Assembly (NCBI GenBank): GCA_002428015.1
Contig: DIZW01000042.1
Location: 222-64,221 of the forward strand
Reading direction: 5' to 3'
Length of the DNA: 64,000 nucleotides
Source: Oxalobacteraceae bacterium UBA6018
GTDB lineage: Bacteria; Pseudomonadota; Gammaproteobacteria; Burkholderiales; Burkholderiaceae_D
Positions 57,756-64,000 of the stretch are shown piece after piece (position 1 is the first letter of the stretch; every line of letters starts with the position of its first letter). Made by a program: the position numbers and the translations under genes. The notes under the pieces were generated by a model. That model worked only from the letters and a program-made list of their open reading frames with translations. It ran no database searches and was not told the origin of the DNA.

Positions 57756-58778
57756 CTAAAAGTGCTTCTTGAGCGCGACGTCGACAAACTCGTTGGTATA
57801 GGTGAGCGCGATCTTCACGTCCTTGTACGCCGGGTTGAATGCCGACAGCACGCCCAGTTCCTTGGCGGCGCCTTCGGCCGGCATGCGGCCATCGTTGGCG
57901 AACATCGGGATCTCCTGCTTGAGGATCGCCAGATAGGCCGCGCGGTCCTTGCCGCTGACTTCAACCGGAATCAGGGCCGCGATCTCCTCGGCGCTGTGGC
58001 TGTTGATGAAGCTGAGCGTGCGGACGAAGGCGTCGGCCAGGTGTTGGGCGATGTCGGGACGCTGCTTGACGCGCTCGCGGTTCATGAAGACTGTACTCGA
58101 CGGGAACAAGGCGCCAAGGTTCTTCCGCGTGCCTTCGACCGTCGTCAGGTCGGCGAACACGCTCGCCGCCCCTTGGGCCAGATAGAAGTCGCCATCCGGT
58201 GTCGGCGCGACGACGACGTCGGCGCTGCCGTCGCGCAGCGCCGCCAGGTTCTTCTCCTTGCCGCCAGCGCCGAGACGCTGGTAATCGGCGATCGCGTGGC
58301 CGCCGGCCAGCACCAGGTAGTTAGCCAGGGTGGTCTTGGACGAGCCGTCGCCGCCGGCGATGATGCGGCTGCCCTTGAGGTCGGCCACGCCGCGGTACTT
58401 GTCGCGCACCCGGTTGGCGACCAGCACCTTGGCGCCCGGCGTCACGCCCAAGGTCACGATCGCTTCCGAATACAGTCCTTTCGACTGGCTGACGATATTG
58501 TGGTGGTAGTACGCGAGCACGGCGTCGACCCTGCCGTCGGCCAGCATCTGGGCATGCGGCACTTCGTCGCGGATGTTCACGATCGTCACGTCCATGCCGT
58601 CACCCTTGAGGTAGCCGAGACGCTCGGCCAGGATGACGGGGAAGTTACGGATCGCCTTGACTTCATCGACCAGCAGCACGATGCGCTTGTCCATGGCGAC
58701 CGCTTCGGGCGCGGCGGCGTGCACCGCTCCGCCGCCGAGCAGGAACAGCAGCGACGCGAGCGCAAATGAGCTTTTCAT
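57756..58778 (-). CDS. Periplasmic substrate-binding protein (NMT1/SsuA-like), without cognate permease or ATPase nearby
   Basis: Signal peptide; LAERLGYLK.DG, ADLKG, FVRTLSFI motifs. Confidence 0.8.
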   Translation of the reverse strand: MKSSFALASLLFLLGGGAVHAAAPEAVAMDKRIVLLVDEVKAIRNFPVILAERLGYLKGDGMDVTIVNIRDEVPHAQMLADGRVDAVLAYYHHNIVSQSKGLYSEAIVTLGVTPGAKVLVANRVRDKYRGVADLKGSRIIAGGDGSSKTTLANYLVLAGGHAIADYQRLGAGGKEKNLAALRDGSADVVVAPTPDGDFYLAQGAASVFADLTTVEGTRKNLGALFPSSTVFMNRERVKQRPDIAQHLADAFVRTLSFINSHSAEEIAALIPVEVSGKDRAAYLAILKQEIPMFANDGRMPAEGAAKELGVLSAFNPAYKDVKIALTYTNEFVDVALKKHF

Positions 58779-58828
58779 GAGCTTCTTTCAGATTAGTTTG
58801 ACGGGGCGGCCCGATGCCGGCGCCGCGC

Positions 58829-60184
58829 TCAGCGCATTTGCGACAGCGCCACCAAGGCCAGCGTGACGGTGAGCGCGCCGCCGATGCGGGTGGCGATTTG
58901 CGCGAACGGCATCATCTGCATCCGGTTCGCCGCGGTCAGGATCGCCACGTCGCCGGTGCCGCCCTGGCCGCTGTGGCAGGCATTGACGATGGCGGTCTCG
59001 ATCGGGTGCATCTTGAGCCAGCGGCCCACCACGAAGCCGGTGCCGATCAGGGTGGCGACGGTGGCGACGATGGTGACCAGGTTGACGACGTTAAAGGCCG
59101 ACACCAGCTTGTCCCACGGCGTCATGGCCACGCCGATGGCAAACAGCAGCGGGTAGGTGACGGCGGTCGAGAAGAATTTGTAGACGACGTGGGAACCCTG
59201 CTGCAGTTGCGGCGATACCGCATGCGACAGCTTGAACACGACCGCCACGAACAGCATGACCACGGGCGCCGGAAAATCGAACAGGCGAGCCGCCATCAGG
59301 CCGACCATGTACAGCGCGATCGCGGTAATGCCGGCGGCGGCGACCTGGCCCACGTCCATCGGCCCTGAAGGCGCCTCGTGGACCGGCGCAAGTTCGTCGG
59401 TTTCATTGGGCTGCAGGCGGCCTTCGCCGCTCAGGTGGGGGTAGCGCTTGCCGACGAAATTGAGCGAGCCGGCGATGACGATGGCGCTCAGGCTGCCCAG
59501 CATGACGGGCGGGAGCACCTGCGCGAATACGTCGCCCTGCGCCACATGCAGGATGGTGGCGTAGCCGATCGACAGCGGGATCGCACCTTCGCCGACGCCG
59601 CCGGCCATGATCGGCACCACGACGAAGAAGAAGGTATGGTAGGCGCCCAGTCCCAGCACGGTGCCCACCAGGGTGCCGACCATGGCGGCGGCCACCGAGC
59701 CGGCCGCCAGCGGAATGAAGATCTTGAGGAAACCCTTGATGAGAATCGTCCGGTCCATGCTCATGATGCTGCCGACGATGATCGAGGCGATGAACAGGTA
59801 CAGGAAATTGGTCTGCTTGGTGAACTCCGTCACGTTCTTGACCACGCTGAGGGGAATCAGGTGGGCGAACGCCAGGTAGGAAGGAATGAAGGTGGCGAAG
59901 ATGGCCGCCGCGCCGATATGGCGGATCAGCGGAATGCGCTTGCCCAGTTCGGCGCAGGTGAAGCCGCCCACCGCGAGCACCGCGATCGACACCGAGATAT
60001 CGGTCGGCACCTTGCCGGTGGCGACGAAGCCGGCGATCAGGGCCACCAGCAGCACATAGACCGGCAGCGGGATGATCCCGATCCTGGTCTCCATCAGCTT
60101 CCACCAGCCGTGCGGCCAGAAGCCGGTGCTGGTGGTATCACTGGTGAGCGGGGCGCGGATTTCGGCGGGTAGCGATTTCATCAT
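58829..60184 (-). CDS. 2-hydroxycarboxylate (citrate/malate) transporter, CitS/MaeN family
   Basis: PIMAGGVGEGAIPLS, GQGGTGDVAIL, MPFAQIATRIGG. Confidence 0.93.
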   Translation of the reverse strand: MMKSLPAEIRAPLTSDTTSTGFWPHGWWKLMETRIGIIPLPVYVLLVALIAGFVATGKVPTDISVSIAVLAVGGFTCAELGKRIPLIRHIGAAAIFATFIPSYLAFAHLIPLSVVKNVTEFTKQTNFLYLFIASIIVGSIMSMDRTILIKGFLKIFIPLAAGSVAAAMVGTLVGTVLGLGAYHTFFFVVVPIMAGGVGEGAIPLSIGYATILHVAQGDVFAQVLPPVMLGSLSAIVIAGSLNFVGKRYPHLSGEGRLQPNETDELAPVHEAPSGPMDVGQVAAAGITAIALYMVGLMAARLFDFPAPVVMLFVAVVFKLSHAVSPQLQQGSHVVYKFFSTAVTYPLLFAIGVAMTPWDKLVSAFNVVNLVTIVATVATLIGTGFVVGRWLKMHPIETAIVNACHSGQGGTGDVAILTAANRMQMMPFAQIATRIGGALTVTLALVALSQMR

Positions 60185-60208
60185 GGTCTCCTGGCCTGTG
60201 CGGCACGA

Positions 60209-61285
60209 TTATTTTGAGTAGGTCAACACGCTGAAGGTGTTCGGCAGGAAGCTGGTTTGGGCCTCCTCACCGTCGCGATACTTCCTGACGTACTGCGCGT
60301 TCACCAGATAGATTTTTCCGCTGCGTTCGTCGAGCACGCCGGTGCGCGCCATCGGACGGGTGCCGACCGTCTCGGCGACCTGGTAGGCGTCGGCGGACAG
60401 TTGGCGGATCACGCTCATGCTGCCATCCTCGCCGTTGGCGGTGATGACCTCCTTGCCGCGCGGGTCGTACATGACTTCATCGACGCCGCGGCCGATCGGC
60501 ACCCACGCCACCTGCTTGCCGCTGGCGGCATCGAGCACCGCCAGGCGCGGGCTGCTCGCCCGGTCGCCGCGGCAGCCGACAAAAATGCGCTGGTTGACGG
60601 GGTCCAGCTCCAACGCCGCCGGCTTGGCGCAGTCCGCCACTGCCACGACGGCGCCGGCCTGCATGGTGCGCGCGTCGATGCTGGCGACCGATCCGTGGTC
60701 GCGCAGCGGCATCACGATGTTGCCCTTGCCATCGGCGCGCGGCGCGTCCACCTTGACGCTGTGCAGGAGCACCGAGCCGGCGGGCTTGCCGGTGCGCGCG
60801 TCGAAGAACAGCACTGGCGTGGTCTTGGTCGCGGGGTCGGCCTCGCCGACGGCGGCGAAACGCTTGCTCACCGGTTCGTAGGTGGCCCCGTCGAAGCCGT
60901 CGGTTGCGCTCTTGTAGCGTGCCACGGTCTGCAGGGTGGAGAGCTTGAACACGATGATGTAGCCGTCGGTGGTGCCGGCGATGCCGCGGTCGAATTCGGG
61001 CGCCAGCGCGGCGGTGTTGGCGTTGCTGGACCCGGCCAGGGTCTTGATCACCTTGCCGGACTTGATGTCGTACACGTGCAGGCCGTCCTGGCGGTGCGCG
61101 ATGAAGATGTGTCCATGCTGCGGGTCGATCGCGTTGTAGTCCCAGCCGGAGTCGCCGCCTGGGATGGTGACGCTTTTTTCCAGGTGATAGGTGCCTTCTG
61201 CGGCCGCCGGCAGCGCGGCGGCGGCCATGCACAGAGCCCCGCAAATGGCGGCGGCGCGGCGGGTTCGTTTCAGTGGTGTGAACAT
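60209..61285 (-). CDS. YncE-like secreted beta-propeller protein
   Basis: Signal peptide; GWDY, PIGRGVD, GTRPMARTGVLD repeats. Confidence 0.75.
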   Translation of the reverse strand: MFTPLKRTRRAAAICGALCMAAAALPAAAEGTYHLEKSVTIPGGDSGWDYNAIDPQHGHIFIAHRQDGLHVYDIKSGKVIKTLAGSSNANTAALAPEFDRGIAGTTDGYIIVFKLSTLQTVARYKSATDGFDGATYEPVSKRFAAVGEADPATKTTPVLFFDARTGKPAGSVLLHSVKVDAPRADGKGNIVMPLRDHGSVASIDARTMQAGAVVAVADCAKPAALELDPVNQRIFVGCRGDRASSPRLAVLDAASGKQVAWVPIGRGVDEVMYDPRGKEVITANGEDGSMSVIRQLSADAYQVAETVGTRPMARTGVLDERSGKIYLVNAQYVRKYRDGEEAQTSFLPNTFSVLTYSK

Positions 61286-61329
61286 ATCGTCTCCTTAATG
61301 CGTGAGAAGGTGGAAGTCCGGGCCGAGGA

Positions 61330-62115
61330 TCAGCCGCCGAAGGGCACGCCGATGATCGCCTTGAGCACCCACCGGTCCGAGGCCGCTGCGTTGCCCCGTC
61401 CGATGCCCAGGTTCAGGTCCCAGTCCCTTATTTTCGTATCGAGCACGGCATACAAGGTACGCGCCTGGCGTCCAAGCGGACCGAGATGGGACAGTTGACC
61501 GATGCCGTTGTAGCTCTCGATACCTATTTCGGTGTCCGGCGCGGTCCGGTAGGCGAGCTTCGCGGCCAGTTCGAGCGTCGTCGGGCTGGGGCTCGGTCCC
61601 GACACCTTGAAGTCGACATTGGCGTTCAGCGCAGCGGTCCAGCGCGCGCCCCGATAGCCGACGATGCCTTTCAATTCGCCGTTCCATGGATTGGGGTCGA
61701 GCCGGAAAGCGACCCGCCCCAGTTCCAGGTTGGCGCCGTAGAAGAAGGGATTGTCCTGCGCCGCCGGCGCGATGAACTTCAGGCGCAGCTTTTCGCCGTC
61801 CACGTGCAGCTGGCCGTCCGGGCCGCGCGAGGACAACAGGTAGGCGCCCAGCTCCAGGTTCGGTGTCCAGCCGTAGGAAAACTCGGGCGTGACGCGCAAG
61901 GTATGGCGCGCGACCTGGGCCCCCGCATAGTCGGCACTGGTGGCGCCTGAGAGCACGTAGTTGGTGTGCACGTCGAGGCCGAAGGCGCCGGGCGCGCTCA
62001 TTTCGTTCATGTAGACCTGGACTTCCTCGGGCGCCGCCTGGCTGGGCGCGGCCGCTGCGGCCAGCAGGACGCTGGCTGCGCAGCGCGCGAATGTCGATCG
62101 TGTGATGGCTGTCAT
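61330..62115 (-). CDS. Putative outer-membrane beta-barrel protein
   Basis: Signal peptide; amphipathic strands (PEFSYG, ELGAYL, WDLNLGIG); C-terminal IIGVPF. Start trimmed to ATG 62115. Confidence 0.65.
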   Translation of the reverse strand: MTAITRSTFARCAASVLLAAAAAPSQAAPEEVQVYMNEMSAPGAFGLDVHTNYVLSGATSADYAGAQVARHTLRVTPEFSYGWTPNLELGAYLLSSRGPDGQLHVDGEKLRLKFIAPAAQDNPFFYGANLELGRVAFRLDPNPWNGELKGIVGYRGARWTAALNANVDFKVSGPSPSPTTLELAAKLAYRTAPDTEIGIESYNGIGQLSHLGPLGRQARTLYAVLDTKIRDWDLNLGIGRGNAAASDRWVLKAIIGVPFGG

Positions 62116-62220
62116 ATTATGTAGTCGGGTCCGCGAAAAGATGGTTACTGGTGTGTGTAGCCTCATCATGCGCGGCTCGCCTAAAGCCATTCTGAAAATT
62201 GGATGAACGCGAATTCAGAT

Positions 62221-63999
62221 TCAGAGGTCCAGCACCAGCTCGGCGCCGCATGCGCGCGAACAGCAGGGCGCGAACTGGTCGTTCCGGGCGCGTTCGGCGT
62301 CGGTCAGGTACAGGTCGCGATGCTCGGGCACGCCCGCCAGGACGCGCGTGACGCAGGTACCGCACACGCCTTTCTCGCAGGAGCGCGGCACCTCGACGCC
62401 GGCGGCCAACAGCACTTCCAGCGCGGTCTTGTCGCTGGCCACGTGCAGTACCTTGCCGCTGGCGGCGAGCCTGATGTCGAAGGGCGCGTCGTCCGCCGTC
62501 CTGGTCGATTCGGCGGAGAAGTATTCCGTGTGCACGTGGCTGTCAGGCCAGCCGTTCTGGCGCGCCGTCGCGCACACCACGTTCAGGAAGCCCGGCGGGC
62601 CGCAGACATACAGGTGGGCGCCGGGGGAGGGCGCGTCCAGCAGCTTGGCGAAGTCGGCCAGCTGCTCGGCCGGGCCGTCGCTGAAGTGGAAGTGGGTGCG
62701 CGCGGCGTAGGGCGAACGGGCGATGCGGTCGCGAAACGCCGTGCGCGCGGCCGTGCGGGTGCAGTAGTGCAGCTCGAAGTCCGCGCCGCGGCGCGCAAGG
62801 TCCTCGGCCATGCTGATCAGCGGCGTGATGCCGATCCCGCCTGCGATCAGGAGCGAGCGCCGGCTCGCCGGGGCCAGCGCGAAGCGCGCCTTGGGCAGGC
62901 TGACGTCGATCAGCTGGCCCGCCCGCACGTCGTCGTGCATGGCGCGCGAGCCGCCGCGCGAGTGCGCTTCGCGCTGCACGCAGATCTGGTAGCGCCGTGT
63001 CTCGCTGGGGTCGTTGCAGAGCGAATACTGGCGCATCCGGCCGTCGCGCAAGAACACGTCCAGATGGGCGCCGGCGCCGAACGGCGGCAGCGGGCCGCCG
63101 CGCGGGTCCTCCAGGTCGAATACGCAGATGCCCTCGGCCTCCACGCTCTTATGCCTCACCTTCAGCGTCAGGCGTCCGCTGGGGCGGCGCCGCCGGCGCC
63201 GCCGCAGGTAGCCGCCGATGCCGCTGTAGGCCAGCACCGGGATGCACAGGGCGCCCAGCATGAGCACCAGCTGACCGGCCGTGCCGCCCACATGCCCGGT
63301 GTGCAGCGACAGGGTCCAGAAATACAGGCGGTGGCCCAGGCTGCTGGCGGCGTAAGGCGTGAAGCGCAGCACCTTGCCGCTGTAGGCGTCCAGGTCCAGC
63401 ATGGTGCGCGCGTTCACGTGGGGGGCGTCGGCGGCGATCAGGTACATCTCCACCGCCGCTTGCGGGCGGCTCGGATAGTGGATCAGCGCCTCCTGCGGAT
63501 GCGGCACCAGCGCCTGCGCGCGTTGCCACAGCTGCTCCAGCGGCAGGCGCGGCGCGCCGGCGGCGGGGCCGGAGCTGGGCGCCTTGGCCGGCTGGGCCGA
63601 GCCGGTCATGCTGTACAGGGCCCGCTTGGACCAGTCGAAGGCCTGCGGCAGGCCGGTCAGGGCGCTGGCAAGCACGATCACGCTGGCGTACAGCCCGACC
63701 GTCTTGTGCAGGCTGGCCGTGCGGGCTGCCCCCTGCAGGCGTGGATTGAAACGCATGGCCCGGCGCAGGCCACGCAGCGAGGGCGGCAGCCACAGGTACA
63801 GGCCGCCGCCGATCAGCACGATGGCGAACAGCAGCGCGCTGGTGCCGGTGATCAGCTCGCCGTTGGGCATGAAGCGGAAGCGGTGAATCTGCTCGAGCGT
63901 GCCCAGCAGGCCGCCCCAGCGGTGGCGCTGACCCAGCACGGCGCCGCTGCACGGGTCGAGATAGACGAAGCCCTGGTCGGTGAAGCGCACCATGGCGGC
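62221..63999 (-). CDS. PepSY-associated TM domain fused to a PDR/VanB-type FMN/NAD/[2Fe-2S] reductase (5' end beyond the window)
   Basis: EQIHRF, SLHKTVG, SGLPQAF-like, SLHTG; then RQYSLCN, AGGIGITP, YVCGP, CEKGVCGTC, PCCS in one frame; no stop before the window edge. Confidence 0.85.
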   Translation of the reverse strand, partial: AAMVRFTDQGFVYLDPCSGAVLGQRHRWGGLLGTLEQIHRFRFMPNGELITGTSALLFAIVLIGGGLYLWLPPSLRGLRRAMRFNPRLQGAARTASLHKTVGLYASVIVLASALTGLPQAFDWSKRALYSMTGSAQPAKAPSSGPAAGAPRLPLEQLWQRAQALVPHPQEALIHYPSRPQAAVEMYLIAADAPHVNARTMLDLDAYSGKVLRFTPYAASSLGHRLYFWTLSLHTGHVGGTAGQLVLMLGALCIPVLAYSGIGGYLRRRRRRRPSGRLTLKVRHKSVEAEGICVFDLEDPRGGPLPPFGAGAHLDVFLRDGRMRQYSLCNDPSETRRYQICVQREAHSRGGSRAMHDDVRAGQLIDVSLPKARFALAPASRRSLLIAGGIGITPLISMAEDLARRGADFELHYCTRTAARTAFRDRIARSPYAARTHFHFSDGPAEQLADFAKLLDAPSPGAHLYVCGPPGFLNVVCATARQNGWPDSHVHTEYFSAESTRTADDAPFDIRLAASGKVLHVASDKTALEVLLAAGVEVPRSCEKGVCGTCVTRVLAGVPEHRDLYLTDAERARNDQFAPCCSRACGAELVLDL

Positions 64000-64000
64000 C

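Noticed and set aside
1-64000. CRISPR array, tRNA/rRNA genes, IS elements, prophage, defence systems
   Set aside because: No regularly spaced repeats, cloverleaf or rRNA signatures, transposase, integrase or phage genes were recognised by eye; a tRNAscan or Infernal run was not possible.

Overview
GC-rich betaproteobacterial chromosome segment, probably Oxalobacteraceae (Massilia/Duganella-like; inferred from gene content and protein style). No rRNA, tRNA, CRISPR array or transposase was recognised. The window holds five blocks. (1) 1-8 kb: a frameshifted NADPH:quinone oxidoreductase, a secreted GH43-CBM6 enzyme, a beta-propeller/Y_Y_Y sensor diguanylate cyclase and an MFS transporter. (2) 8.4-38 kb: a large uronic-acid/pectin-type glycan utilisation locus. 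Its left half (LacI, GH43, GH88, LacY-type permease, GH97, PfkB kinase, AGE epimerase, mutarotase-like protein, kduD, kduI, dgoK) carries six copies of a TGTTATCGATAACA-like operator on sigma70 promoters. Its right half has an ECF sigma/FecR/STN-TonB receptor signalling trio, two GH28s and two large unassigned glycosidase-like proteins. (3) 38-44 kb: a rhombotarget lipoprotein/rhombosortase pair, a hemerythrin-domain protein, a WYL regulator/VOC pair and a GMC oxidoreductase. (4) 44-57.7 kb: an alpha-glucoside locus (TonB receptor, hydrolase-type GH65, a GDE-like glycosidase, sugar ABC transporter, Trp-halogenase-like protein, LacI with AACCGGTT operators). (5) 57.7-64 kb: a PepSY-TM/VanB-type reductase fusion, a beta-barrel, a YncE propeller, a 2-hydroxycarboxylate transporter and an orphan binding protein. 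The most notable signals are a candidate repressor-controlled ~145-nt sRNA with duplicated anti-Shine-Dalgarno seeds (10587-10730), a TonB receptor gene with an internal RBS and second signal peptide whose RBS matches that seed, and the PepSY-reductase/citrate-transporter operon.
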